Numbered from the whole stretch's first letter, positions 46,242 through 59,400 are shown. The stretch is DNA of 61,508 bases, filler included, from Globobulimina sp. (GCA_003354225.1; 12 parts of 12 records of this genome joined end to end with filler, not necessarily neighbours in it); one strand, 5' to 3'. Numbers and translations are program-made. The notes: a model not told the origin generated them from the sequence alone.

Positions 46242-47083
46242 ATATCCATAAAAATGGATTTTGATTTTTCCTGCAAATGCATCAATATCGACAACCTCTG
46301 ATAAGTACCAACTGCCTCTATCTTTAACATCGATTTGATCCGTAATTTTTAATGTTTTTCTCCATTCATCAGCTGTACCTTCAGTACTCTCTGGCGATTT
46401 TCTTGTAATTTTGCCTTTTATTTGATAGTTTTGCTTCAGTTTATCCATAATTTGTTGGTCAATTACAATATCACTATTATGCATCATTGGAATATTAACA
46501 TCATAAATGCCGCTCATGTCAGCAATATTCAGTTTGAATGGAATGTGCTCAAAATTCTCTTTAATATTATATTTGCAAAAACTTCTTAATATTTGGATAT
46601 TCAACTCATTGAAATTAAATTTCTTTTGCAAATATTGTTGAATGGCAATGTTTAATATCACTTTACTTTTTGCATCAATGTTGCTTTTAATTCTGAAAAG
46701 ATTGGGAATGTCCTGTTTGATTTGAAAAAAAAGTTAAAACAAAATTATTCTAATTATACATATGAAATATTTTAATATTATGAATACTAGACTTTATTGG
46801 GTTGATCAATAAGAATGGCATTCTCATTCTTTTTTTTTGCCACATTATATTCTTTTGAGGCAGTTTCTTTTTCTTTGGTCTGTCCCACGAATAGCTCCCC
46901 ATCAATATCTGCTGTAAACTTTGAAATGAAGGCATTTGGGTGCACAGTCATTTCGAATTGCAACTCATCACTGCCATTATTATTATTATTATTATTCATA
47001 TTTTCAAAGTGAAAGCAATATACGATGTTGGCATATCTGTCTTTCACAGTTGCGCAGATTTCATGCTTTTGTAGGGTTATCAT
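46242..47083 (-). CDS. VIT-domain protein with a Tudor/chromo-barrel-like module, 3'-partial
   Basis: 'ELQFEMTVHPNAFISKF...GQTKEKETASKEY'; intron 46713-46792; 'WRKTLKITDQIDVKD..WY..EVV...IKIHFYGY'. Confidence 0.75.
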
Positions 47084-47150
47084 GACTTTATTGTGGAAAT
47101 GCAGGAAAAAGTAAGTAGTTAACTTAAAGTTTTAAACGATTGTCAGAATA

Positions 47151-48005
47151 ATGACACAGTTTTCAGCAATAAATAATTTAAGGAAGAAATTAAAACAAAG
47201 GAATAACTTGCCATTAACAGGCATTATGATAAAAATCGCAGATGTAATGTCTACAGATGCGTTATCAGATTCATGTGATTGGTTTTTTTATGATATGGAA
47301 CATGCTCCATTTAGTCCAGAGTCATTACGTTCCCATATAATGGTGGCACATGGTCGAAATAAACCTGCGATTGTACGCATTCCAGGACCAAATCTATCAT
47401 ATAATAATAATATATTAGCACCAATATATGGTACATATATTAAACACGCATTAGATTTAAATGCCGACGGTATCATAATCCCACAAATCCGAACATCCGT
47501 TGAAGTTAAAGAAATTATAAAAGAGTGTTTATATCCATATCCACCAAATAGATATTCAGCCAATCGGAGAGGATATGGACCTGAAATACCAAGCAATTAT
47601 GGACGTATTCCATTAAAAGATTATTTACAAAATGCAAATAAAAAATTATTTATTGGGGTTAATGTTGAAACAAAACAATGTGTTGATAATATTGAGGAAA
47701 TTGCAGCTGTGGATAGATTGGATTTTTTTATAATGGGCGTTAAAGATTTATGCGGTTCGTATGGTGTCCCATATGAGGTTGCTTATAATGCCAAGATTAT
47801 TGAACAAGCTGTGGATAAAGTAATTGTTGCAGCAAAACGGAATAACAAAATTGTAATTTATTCTCCTATTGGTCCAAATGATGTCGATTTAGCAAAAACA
47901 ATGATTGATAAAGGTGTTCAAATGATGCTCATTGGGGTTACTGATATTGGTGCAATGGTTAAATATCATACAAACGTCAGAGAGAAAATTAAAGGTAAAT
48001 TGTAA
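47151..48005 (+). CDS. HpcH/HpaI class II aldolase family protein
   Basis: 'DWFFYDMEHAP', 'IVRIP', 'ALDLNADGIIIPQI', 'RGYG', 'VETKQCVDNIEEIAAV', 'GVKDL'; intronless. Confidence 0.88.
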   Translation: MTQFSAINNLRKKLKQRNNLPLTGIMIKIADVMSTDALSDSCDWFFYDMEHAPFSPESLRSHIMVAHGRNKPAIVRIPGPNLSYNNNILAPIYGTYIKHALDLNADGIIIPQIRTSVEVKEIIKECLYPYPPNRYSANRRGYGPEIPSNYGRIPLKDYLQNANKKLFIGVNVETKQCVDNIEEIAAVDRLDFFIMGVKDLCGSYGVPYEVAYNAKIIEQAVDKVIVAAKRNNKIVIYSPIGPNDVDLAKTMIDKGVQMMLIGVTDIGAMVKYHTNVREKIKGKL

Positions 48006-48117
48006 AATGTTAATAACTTAAAAACGAATGTTTTTTGAAGTGTTTTTTGCAGTGTTTTTTACTCAATTATCAATATCTTTACTCACAGACAATAATCTTC
48101 CCAAGTCGTACAAGCCA

Positions 48118-50282
48118 ATGCAACCAAACGGCACAAACTCCAGCAAAAATACTAATAATAATTCCAATAATAGTAGTAATAAAAATAATTTTAACATTGG
48201 CAAAATAGCTCTGACACCGGCAGAGATTGATGGTTTGGTATACACTTATTTAAAATCGCGTGGTTATCAGTCTGCATTAAACGCATTGGCATCTGATTCA
48301 AGTGCAGATTTACATGTTAATAAAAAGCAATTCTCCCTTAATAACAATCCTTGCACTTAAACAAAACAAACAAACAAACAAACAAACAGTTAACAGACGA
48401 TCAAATATTAGCAAGTAAAGCATTGCATATAATAACGGATAAACACAAAACAATGTTACATTCAATCTACGGCTACACGCACAGTGATAACAACATCGAA
48501 TGGTTTGACGACAGCTACCAATATTTATATTTATGGGTCAATCAATGTTTGGACTGTTATCGCATTGAATTGCAACCCATCACTTATCCAATATTCATCC
48601 ATTTTATATTTGAGTTACTATTAAAATCACAAGTGGGCAAAGCTCAAAATTTCTATTACAAATACAACAAAGAACACAATACATTGCACGCTGAGGACCT
48701 CGGCCCCATTTATGAATTAATAGAAACCATTGATATCAATAAAAGCAACAAAAACAGCGCCAAAGACAAAGAGTCTGCATCCGGTGCCGCCACAGCATCC
48801 AAATCACGCATCCAATCCTATCCTATTTACCAACGATATCGAAAACACAAATATCAGATCACACTCAGTGTCGTATCACACAACTTATTCATGTCTTGGC
48901 TCAATTCCTCCAAATTAAATTTGCTAATTAAGACTGTCAACAACCACATTGATTTTAAAATAGTTTCATATTCCTCTCAAGCGCAGTCGCAGCCACATTC
49001 GCACGCTCTTAATCTCAATATAAATAAAGAGAAAATATCGTGGGGCATTGCACGGTATTTGGACCAAATTGAAACCAAAGCTTTGGGCGATAATAATCAT
49101 AAACGCAACCACAATAAAAGTCGTTTAATCCGGACAGAGTTTTGTGAGATTCATGCGTCGCAACCAAAATATTGCAAAGAGGATGAGAAATTAATCCATA
49201 ATGAAATAAAGAACCGTGTGTATGCCGGAGCGGATAGGTTGCCCTCCATTTGCTGCTATAAGTTTATCAATGGAGTTAATAACATTTCCTGTTCAAATGT
49301 GTCCAGCAATGGTCAATGGATAGTGGTCGGATGCAATGATTCCAAGATCAAACTATTTGACGTTGCTGCTGCTACTGGAAAGTCTGCAAATTCCTTTGAT
49401 AAGAATAATGTTGAAAGTAAGCAGGAAAATGAATATGTATCATCCACGCCGGTCGACACAAATAACAATTTGCATTGCAATAACTTAATTGGACACAAAT
49501 CGTCGATAACAGCGCTGTCCTTCTATCCGGATAATGAATTTTTTGTGTCCTCCAGCTGTGATAATACAGTGCGGCTATGGTCGTGCGAAAATGGAGGGGA
49601 ATGTTTGTCATTTTATCGAGGGCATTGCTTTCCAATTTGGGATGTTTCATTCAGTCCGTTAGGTTTGTATTTTGCCACTGGTTCACATGATAAGACAGCA
49701 CGGCTTTGGAGCACTGATCGTGGTGTACCACTGCGGATATTTGCAGGGCATATAGCGGATGTGGAATGTGTCGAATTTCATCCAAATTGCAATTATATTG
49801 TGAGTGGTTCCTCGGATCGAACCATCAGATGTTGGGATATTCAGTCTGGAAATTGTGTGCGACTGTTTTCAGGACATTTGGGCAGTATTAATCATTTGCA
49901 GTTTACTACTGATGGCAGATGCGTTGTTTCTGCGTCATCGGATAAGACGATCAGGATTTGGGATATTGCTACCTCGCAATGCATAAAAATACTAAATGGC
50001 CATACCAATCAGGTGCGGAAAATTGCGGTGGCGCACAGTGTGAATAGGAATGCGGTTATCATCGACCATGAGGATAATAAGAATAGCAACAGCCACAGTA
50101 GTAATAATACAAATATTTCGTCATTTCCATTGGTTATATCGGCCGGAATGGATAATAGTGTGAGGTTTTGGGATGTGAATAATATTCAAAAACCACTGAT
50201 TAAAACTATACAAACAAATATTTGTATTTCACATTTAACAATGACTAAAAGTAATTTGCTTATGTTGGCAGGAACTGTCTAA
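48118..50282 (+). CDS. TAF5: TFIID subunit 5 (LisH, NTD2, WD40)
   Basis: LisH 'VYTYLKSRGY', NTD2 'YRIEL..ITYPIFIH', 'LPSIC', WD repeats with 'YFATGSHDKTARLW', 'LRIFAGH', 'FHPNCNY'; intron 48316-48389. Confidence 0.93.
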
Positions 50283-50465
50283 CACAATTAATACATTCGT
50301 GATATAATTATTTAAAATTAAATAAAATTGTTAGAGATTATTTGTAAGCAGCATAACGCAGAAAGAGTTTACCTTTTACAATTTTTTAACAATTTATAAT
50401 ATTCAGGGTCAAAAAAGTTGACTTGACTTGACATTTTTACGTTGACTTGACAGTGAAAGAAACTA

Positions 50466-51266
50466 ATGGCTACACCAAAGCAAGCTTATCTAAATTTTGC
50501 TGCAGAACCTCCCACTATTCATCCAAATGCTTTTAAAGTTCGCGTTGCCATTGATTTTGGTACAGACGGTGTAGGTCTGCTATTAGTCTCTTGTAACTAA
50601 TGTAACATAAACAATATATTTGTTATATATAATTCAGCGCTGGCCTATGCATTTGGTGAAGCACATCACGTGGTGGCGCACGCGGAATGGTCTGCGAAGA
50701 AATATCTGCCCAAATGCAAACCTAAAACCATAATACTATTAGACGAACATGGTAATGCACTCGGATTTGGCAAAGATGCAAAACACACGTTACGTTTCAT
50801 TTTCTCACACAAGTGAAGTCATACAATATAATATATATGAAATAATTTCATAGATACATGGCGACTAAAATAATGAAAAATAAATGGATGCTATTTGAGA
50901 GATTTAAAATGTCATTGTACGATGGTATCCATTCATTGATATATATACATCATTCATATACATAGCGCACATAATATACCATAGAAGCAGCTGTTTCTGA
51001 TCATGACGAAAACAAAAACAACCAAAACAACCCGAACAAAATTGCGATTAACGACACCTTGACAGCAACCAATGGCAAAACAGTGAAATCGAGTGTTGTC
51101 TTTATCGCAGCCTTTAAACATCTACAAGAAGAGGCAAAGACTTATCTGAAAAGAAATAAACTCTCAAAGAGATTATTTAAAACGTTAAAAGACTCTGAAA
51201 TCCAATGGATTGTGACAGTCCCCGCTATATGGAATGACGAGGCAAAGCACAGAATGAGACAATGGA
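50466..51266 (+). CDS. HSPA12-like Hsp70 family protein, 3'-partial
   Basis: 'VAIDFGT', 'FERFKMSLY', 'IQWIVTVPAIWNDEAKHRMRQW'; introns 50575-50637, 50789-50853 and 50925-50984 all splice in frame. Confidence 0.88.
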
Positions 51267-52010
51267 NNNNNNNNNNNNNNNNNNNNNNNNNNNNNNNNNN
51301 NNNNNNNNNNTTAATTAATTAANNNNNNNNNNNNNNNNNNNNNNNNNNNNNNNNNNNNNNNNNNNNATACGAAATTCCCTCGTAAAAATCATATTTAGGA
51401 TCGCCAATCTAAAAGACAAGTGTAGACATTGGAGACATGAAATGTAACGGTCTCGAAAATCACTTAGTTGGCCAAAGTCAATTGTCATCCATGATGTCGT
51501 CAGACAGTCAGACATGCAGGTTCAAAACCTGGCGCGTGATGGCGCCAGTGATGTAACCATTAATCCAGGTTTGTTTATTTTTATTTTTATTTTTGTTTGT
51601 TTACCTATGAAGAGCCAACCAATATTCCCATTAGATTTATACCATATGGGAGAGAAAGTGAAAAGAAAGCAATTGAAAATGAAACGATATTTGCTGGGAT
51701 ATCTTCAAAACTTCTAAGAAATCAGATTGTTTCAATTTGACTTTTTTTATGTTTTTCGTGTGTTTCGTGGTAACACTTATATGTTGTGCTTGTGCGAGGA
51801 TGTGGTCAATCTTTAAAGACTTCATTCGATATAAATTTAAAAAAAAAAACAACAACAAAAAAAAGATTGAATCAATTGAAATTATACAGAGGATATTTAA
51901 TTTAATAAATCAATTGGAAATTTAACAATCTCCGCAGTATTCGTCAAAACGATCGAATAAAATTTGATTTATATTCTGTATTTTTTTAGATTTTAATAGG
52001 TTATAATTAC

Positions 52011-53104
52011 TTAATTGGCAAAATACGATACATTGAATACTGATCCTTCGCACAACGTATATCTCAATCCCCCGCACACTGGATTTGTTTTATAATAATC
52101 ACCGCAACAGGTTTTATCTACGGCGCACACAAATTTTTGACACAATGCGGCCGGATCTGTTCCATTTAGAATATAATCGTCAAAAAAATAACCATAATTG
52201 TCTAATTTTTGTGAATCGGATTCAGTAAACTCTAAACTTCCCTTTTTCTGAAATAATGCCTCACAAATAACACCGACAATGATTATGCCAACAACAAAAG
52301 CAAGTATTAACAGAACGGGACCGCACTGATTCCAACATTTACCACAAAGACCAGGCTCTTCTGTGGGGTCTTTTTTCTTATAAAACAATACCTTGGCCGC
52401 CTGATATAATTTATCATCCAAATCGTTCACAAATAAAACACCGATACAATTGGTTATTGCGGCATATTGATCACCTGTTTTTTTTTAATTAGTGTTTGTT
52501 TTTTGCATGTTTAGGTTTAAAAACGTTACACGGAAACATTCCGCAACAAATTGTTATTTTAGTAAAAGCACGACATACCAGCATAGGCCCCAACATAGGC
52601 CCAGACCAATGCCGCGTAAATAGTCATGAAACTCTCTAATAATACAAACAAAGACAATGCTTTGCAAAGAAAATTGCCGTGAAATACTAAAATTTTCAAA
52701 CTGCCAAAAAAATCGGCGGCTACGAAATAAGACACAAACACCAATGCGATGTAAAAAGCCTGCGAATCAATATCTTTCGCTTCACATTGTAATAATTCTG
52801 CTGGTGGGAAGGTTTTATAATATTGCGCAAAATCATTACAATTAAACCACTCAACACTGACGTTCACCTCATCTTTTTTTAAACTGTCATGGCCCTCTTT
52901 GATGATAATGCCTAATAATACATATTGACAGATTAGGGCAGCCACTCCGATCACAAATTTGGATAATACCCTATCTTTTGGTGCGTACACGAAAAACTCA
53001 TATGTGGAGTCTCCAAACTCTCTCTCTCTCTCTGCCTCCTTTGCGCCGGCTGAGGAGGAACTATCTGCCCTATTATCAGGATCTTCGGCTGCGGTGGTGT
53101 TCAT
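52011..53104 (-). CDS. Multi-pass membrane protein of unknown function, 2 exons
   Basis: Intron 52475-52578 joins the ORFs (GDQYAAITNCIGVLFVNDLDDKLY); about 5 TM helices; Cys-rich C-terminus. Confidence 0.75.
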
Positions 53105-53483
53105 AGCTATATCTAATGAGTAATTTGTAAACTGTAGTTGGTGGAAGGAGGATAAAGGAAGGGTTTTTTTTTTGTTATTTTTACTGACAGTGAAAACTTT
53201 TTACAGTCTTCATTTATTCAACAAGGTCGAGGAGAATTTCTCAGATCAGATTTGAAAATTATGGATAATCACTTAAGGGGAACAAATCACAGTTGTTCGT
53301 ATGGACCAAATGCAGTCACAAATACTGCAAAACATGTGCATCAAATGTGGTAAACGAATGTCGATCTATCATTGTTGAATTGCATTCCAGTTTGCCAATA
53401 TCCACAATGCGATCAGTTATTAAATCAATTGCAAATAAAATCATTATTATTCTAAGTTTTTCATTATTATTCTGAGTATAAAT

Positions 53484-54710
53484 TTAAGTATTTTTTGTGA
53501 ACCAGTTAGAAAGTGCTTGACACAGTTTATCCATTGCATCATTTGCCTCAGGAAAAACAGAGTGAAATATCACAAACGCATGGGGCATATAATCCACTTG
53601 ATAATAGATTAATTCCTTACTTTCTTTCGAATTCTCATTAAATATATTATTCTTTCTTAATTTCTGCACCAATTTCTGTGAATCATCATAGAGACATTCA
53701 TGCTTTGAAACAAATATCATGACATTACAATGCAACTTCTGCGCTGAACAATAAATAGCACTGAAAAAGGGTGAACGTAAATTATTTTCATCATTACCGA
53801 CAGCAATCAATGCAGAGCGTGAAGTATAGGTATTACATAAAATTAAGTCATGACATTGACATTGTACCCATGACTTATTTTGCATTGCTAAGTCAAGCCA
53901 GGGTGACAATAATACCATTCCTAACGGATGAATAGATGACAAATTAAGCAATGATAGTTTTTGCACAAATAATGTGCATAAACCACCGCCAGCACTGTCA
54001 CCAATCAGTACAATTCTTTTCGGATTAATGTTATAATAAAATAGTAAGTACAAATACATTGTCATTACTTGGTCCACTTGGTATGGTATATCCACCTTTG
54101 GTGGCTTCGCATAATCAATGAATAATATTTTTATATTTGTATATAACGACAATCGACTCGCATAGCCAATATGTGAGGGACCGCCTAAGCTGTAACCACC
54201 GCCATGCACAAAAACAATCAGCTTATCACTGATATCATGTTTTTCAATTTCATCTGTTGCTGCAATCCAAAAATAATCGACATCGCGCGGACTGAAATAT
54301 TTGTAGTTATAATGCTCATGTAACTTGCTCGGAATATCGTATTTTTCTTTTAATTTGTCCATACAAGTGATGATAAAATGCGTTTTATGTAAAGTGTGGT
54401 GGCTGATATTGGTGTAGTTCGGGATTGGGACAAGAATTCCCACTCCAAAATCAACCATTCGATTAAAAAAAGTTAAATAAATGTAATCAAAACTAAATAA
54501 ACAATTATTTAATATGGGCCATGTTTTTTTAATTGGGATTAATAACTTAATAATGAATAATAAAGAATGAACCGATCGTAATTCTGGAGATAAACACTTG
54601 TAATTATTGTTGATACATGGAATTAAATCGAGTATCACATGAAATGTCAACAAAAGTTTGAGAAATACCCCCAATAATATCTGCACTATTAACGAAACTA
54701 ACCTTTCCAT
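53484..54710 (-). CDS. Alpha/beta hydrolase, HSL/arylacetamide deacetylase-like lipase-esterase
   Basis: HGGG, GDSAGG, LSPWLD, E.LYDD, HAF. Confidence 0.9.
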   Translation of the reverse strand: MERLVSLIVQILLGVFLKLLLTFHVILDLIPCINNNYKCLSPELRSVHSLLFIIKLLIPIKKTWPILNNCLFSFDYIYLTFFNRMVDFGVGILVPIPNYTNISHHTLHKTHFIITCMDKLKEKYDIPSKLHEHYNYKYFSPRDVDYFWIAATDEIEKHDISDKLIVFVHGGGYSLGGPSHIGYASRLSLYTNIKILFIDYAKPPKVDIPYQVDQVMTMYLYLLFYYNINPKRIVLIGDSAGGGLCTLFVQKLSLLNLSSIHPLGMVLLSPWLDLAMQNKSWVQCQCHDLILCNTYTSRSALIAVGNDENNLRSPFFSAIYCSAQKLHCNVMIFVSKHECLYDDSQKLVQKLRKNNIFNENSKESKELIYYQVDYMPHAFVIFHSVFPEANDAMDKLCQALSNWFTKNT

Positions 54711-54926
54711 TGTATTTGTATGTTAGTAATGATCATATGAATACAAATCGGAATGTTACCTGGAATACCCATATACACCATAATTTTTCCATACTTTATG
54801 AATATTTCTAACCTTTGATTTAATGCTTGCAATTATTAGGGAAAACATTGGATTTGTATTAGGAGGATAAATAAAGTTTTTTGTTTTGTTATTTAAAGGA
54901 AAAGTTTTTTTACTTCTTACTGTATA

Positions 54927-56153
54927 ATGATAATGTATTTGAAAAAGAATATCTTATTTGTCATAATATTCAATGCTATCATAATGCATTGCAAAATCCA
55001 AATGCCATGGCAATATCATGGCTATAATGAATTCCCTGTTTTATTCTTTGGTGCGTCTCCCAAAGATTTAGAAACAATATCAACTATGACATTAGCAGCA
55101 AGACATGGAATCGTAGGATGGGGCTGGCAACAAAATAATACAGGCATTCACGGATCAGAGGAACTCAATGAATATAATGAGGCAAAAGCGTTTTTCGAAT
55201 TTTATAATAATAAATCAAATGATATTCAGCACCACACTGATTCAACATTTGTATATCGATCTGGATCCTCAGCCAATCCATTCTGGAAAAGTGTAGCAAA
55301 TATTGTATTTGATCCAAATTATGCGGACTTTTGGATTCAAAATGATGAGAATAAGGTTTGTTGGCAAAAGAACAGCGATTTATATGATAATTTAGAGGGT
55401 GGACCGATGTTTAACTTTAGTAATGTTTCAGCGCAGAGCTATTATTTGGAAAATGTAATCAAAGAAATTGTAAATGATTTGCCATATATAAATAGTGTAT
55501 TTTTTGATTTATGTGATTGGGCATATTGTAATTATCCATGGTCATCGCTTACAAATTGTACAACGTTGGCTGGTTTGAGTGATAATGATAAATATAGTTT
55601 GGGTATGTCTGCAGTGGAAGTGTTTAAAAGTGCAGCTCAATTATTGAATGATAATGGTATCATTCCAATATATTCGTTTATGACTTTATTAAATTCAAAT
55701 GGTTTAATGGACGATTTTACAAAATGTAAAGTTGATGAAGAAACATGGATAAATAAGTTAGAAAATATGACATGGATAAGATATCAGGAATATTGGCCTG
55801 ATGTTGGTGGCACTGCAATACAAAATAATTCAGCTTCATTTCTAAATATGATTCAAGAATTAAAATATAATTTAGCGATACAAGTGCATTCTTATGGTGT
55901 TAAACCAAATGTAACTGTCGATCCGTATTTTATTGGCTCATTTTTAATGGCACAGCAAGATTATTCTTATTTTGGTTGTTCTAATGGCTGGTTTGATGAT
56001 AATTGGTCATGGCATAATTCATATGATAATGTGTATGGTAAACCAGTGACAGAACCTATCCAATCGAACGAGGATCAATGGTTTAGATCGTTTGAAAAAT
56101 GTAACTTGACGGTTAATTTGAAAACAAGAACAGCCCAATTTGTATGGAAGTAA
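54927..56153 (+). CDS. Secreted putative glycoside hydrolase (GHL15-like)
   Basis: Signal peptide, 'SVFFD', 'FLMAQQDYSYFG...GW...W...YD..YGKP...WFRSF....TVN'. Confidence 0.65.
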   Translation: MIMYLKKNILFVIIFNAIIMHCKIQMPWQYHGYNEFPVLFFGASPKDLETISTMTLAARHGIVGWGWQQNNTGIHGSEELNEYNEAKAFFEFYNNKSNDIQHHTDSTFVYRSGSSANPFWKSVANIVFDPNYADFWIQNDENKVCWQKNSDLYDNLEGGPMFNFSNVSAQSYYLENVIKEIVNDLPYINSVFFDLCDWAYCNYPWSSLTNCTTLAGLSDNDKYSLGMSAVEVFKSAAQLLNDNGIIPIYSFMTLLNSNGLMDDFTKCKVDEETWINKLENMTWIRYQEYWPDVGGTAIQNNSASFLNMIQELKYNLAIQVHSYGVKPNVTVDPYFIGSFLMAQQDYSYFGCSNGWFDDNWSWHNSYDNVYGKPVTEPIQSNEDQWFRSFEKCNLTVNLKTRTAQFVWK

Positions 56154-56489
56154 GCACTGTGATGCGTGTAGGTGTTTGCTTGCTGCATTTAGGTATTTAG
56201 ATTTGACAATATTTATACTACACAAAAATCCTTGAAACTCACTTAAAAAGTTAGTAAAAAGTTAGATGTTTTTTAAAAAGAATCACAATTGCAATATGAA
56301 TATAGTTTATTATTGCTTCTATTAATGACGATTGGAATAATATCACATTACTATGCAATCCTCAGATTTATTTTGCTGTTTATTTATTANNNNNNNNNNN
56401 NNNNNNNNNNNNNNNNNNNNNNNNNNNNNNNNNTTAATTAATTAANNNNNNNNNNNNNNNNNNNNNNNNNNNNNNNNNNNNNNNNNNNN

Positions 56490-59400
56490 TATATTAAATT
56501 ATTCCATAACAAATTAAAACAATTAACTGCTGACAACGAATATGAGCTTCCTCTATATCGACATGTTAAATCGACACAAAATATGTATCTCGACAATAAA
56601 TCCTTAAAAGCGGAGAATAAATCCATTCGTATATTGTTTAAATTGTCCTCCACCAAAATATATTCCAATATCGACATACATAAATTTCTAACTTGGAAAA
56701 ACCATAACGTTGAATCTGTAGTGCAATCTGTAAAACGTGTGGCAAAACAACCATTTACACAGTTATTAACCATTTTGGATGAATTAATGGCTTGCATATT
56801 TTCAATAATGTTGGAGAGCAATGTTAAGTGCGCATATTCGCAATATATTATTAATAATAATATGTAATAAATAGGATAATGGTTTAATTGAGCAAACCTA
56901 TGCAACGTTGATTGGCTTATTAGGCGAAGCCAACAAGAATACAACCTCCAAATATAAGCCGCGCATTGAAGAATGGATTGAATTTCATTTTAAATATAGT
57001 CGAATATGGCGCACCTTATCTGTACAGCAATTGCGGTTATTGCGATGGATCGCGTCCTCTGAAGCCATATTGGCTCAATCCAAAGAGGCGAGCACTTTAT
57101 TGAAGCAAAGATCGGCTGAAATGATCCGCCAATTACAACATAGTATGCGTGGCGTCAAATACCTGTTCAATATCATGAAGAGGTCGTGTCAGATCGAGAT
57201 AAAAGAAGCCAAAACACAACAACGCAAACAAATGATCAGCCAGGAATATAACAAACAAATTGCATTATTATTCGAGTCGATGAATAAAATAATGGGCCAA
57301 AAACAACCAAAAACGGTTGCCGGCGTCCAATCCTTTGCCTTACGCAACTTTTTATCGCTTTTGGATTCCGTACCAACGCAAACCTCGAAAGAATTAACTT
57401 TGACCGTTGTAAAATTTATAAACTCCATCAATAATCAAGGCATAAATAACAGCGTCGAGAAATTACTATTAATTCGACGATGTTTGGAACATCCAAAATT
57501 AAAAAGACATGACATTGTCCATACTTTGTTGCCATCCATCTGCAAAATATTGCATTATCACATGGGCCCAAAACGAACAAAAGATGAGAGAGCGGCGTGT
57601 GCCACCATCATACAGAAATGTATACAGTTTTTAGATCCACGCCGGTGTCGCTCGGTCATTTACAATTATCACTCGGACAAATATCCGACCCTATTACCAC
57701 CCGATAAGAATCTCGTCATTCCGTCGTCGCAGTTATACGACGAATTTGCCATTTTAATGTTAAAACTATTTGCCATTTTAGATGAGATTCGAAGTAATGA
57801 TCTCTCCACAAACTTAGTCTCTGTGCAGAAGATATTTGGCAAACAAATTAAAAAAAATAAAATTATTAAAGAATCGCAACTAAATACTCGGACCATAATA
57901 TCCAATGACCAATTATTAGTACATCGCGATTTTTTTATCACAATTGCTGACTTATCGCATGTTATCACAGCTGTTGAGGATTACGATGATGATAAGCAAG
58001 ACCGCAATGATAATGATAATGATGAAGCGGATGATGGAGCAGATGGTGATGCGGATGATATAACAATATCGTCGTGGGGTGATAAATGCGATCGCATTGA
58101 TAAAGCAATTACAACCCTACGCAAAGAGGATGAAGATAATGCGGTTCGTGTCATTGAATCGGCCTTAAAATGTTGTAACAATTTACTGCAAAAATCAACC
58201 TTTAATCACCAATGGATAATAATGAAAATGGTCGAGGCCGAATTGGCAATGAGATGTTTGTCGTGGTTTGGTTCGACCCTCAAACGAAATTATTTAAGCA
58301 AATCATTTGGATCCGGCAAAGAATTATGGAAACAATGGTTGTCTTTGGGAATGATATATTTATGGAATGAGGACTTTACGCTCGAAGACATGAACAATGA
58401 GCGCCGAGATATAATATTGAATAATTATGGCGATATTCGTAATATCGCGATTCGTCAAATAACGACGGCGTGGGACGTATTGACGCCTCATCGCGGCGCC
58501 TTGGCGGATACCATGATCTGTGCGGCAGTGGAGGCGTCTTCGTCGGAGGTGCTCGAGATCCAACAGTTTGCGGTGGATGTGTATTATGAAATGATTCGCT
58601 CCGAATTTGAGTCTCACAATAATAACATCCAATCGGTGGAGACCCATACCATCGATCAAATCGATCAGTTAACCGCCAAATATTCAAACAAAGAGCATGT
58701 CATCAATCGTTATTTAGATTTCTTCCGAATTCACGTGCGCCGCAAATTGGATATTTCAAACACTTGTAATGAGAAATTAACATTGATTGGCAATACATTT
58801 TTAAACGATATCGAGAGATTATATGATTATTTAGTACAATTAAAGAAATTGCCGCATACCGCCGAGTATGAAGATGAACGGACCTCTGCAACCTTAAAGT
58901 TATTAGAATACCTATCGAGTACTGGCAAATCGGAACTATATAACCGGTACATTCATCATTTAGCATTAATGCATCAATCGTTAAGCAATCATATCGAAGC
59001 AGCAATTTGTTTCAGTCGACATGGCGATCGCTTAGGATGGCAAAATAATGCATCGATGTTGTTGCCGGAAGAGCCGATGGTGGGCTTGGCCTCGACCACG
59101 GAGTGTAAGCGGCATATAAATTTGTGCGAGTTGGCGCATAAACACTTTATGTTGGGCGAACATTGGGAAATGGGCGTGGCTGTTTGTCAGGAACTGTCCA
59201 AAGCGTATCAGCACAAAGTATTTGATTTACGCGCCTTGTCGTCGACCCTCGAAAAGGAGTCGCATTTATGGAAATTGATTGGAAATCAGGACCGCGTCTT
59301 TCATCGTTGCTATTTGGTGCGGTTTCGAGGCACTTTTGTCGACAAACACACATCGGATGACATTGAGAATAAATCCTTTGTGTATCGGAGCGGCATTGGT

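Noticed and set aside
50925-50984. Intron starting GTATCCAT resembling a U12-type donor
   Set aside because: It mismatches GTATCCTT and has no CCTTAAC-type branch site; donors in this genome are degenerate anyway.
51367-51720. Coding-like segment at the start of contig 11
   Set aside because: Contains a stop and no recognisable motif; a gene model cannot be supported.
5049-56489. Regularly spaced TTAATTAATTAA motif every ~5.1 kb, and ORFs running into it
   Set aside because: Artificial linker between size-sorted contigs; the periodicity and cross-linker gene clusters are not biological.
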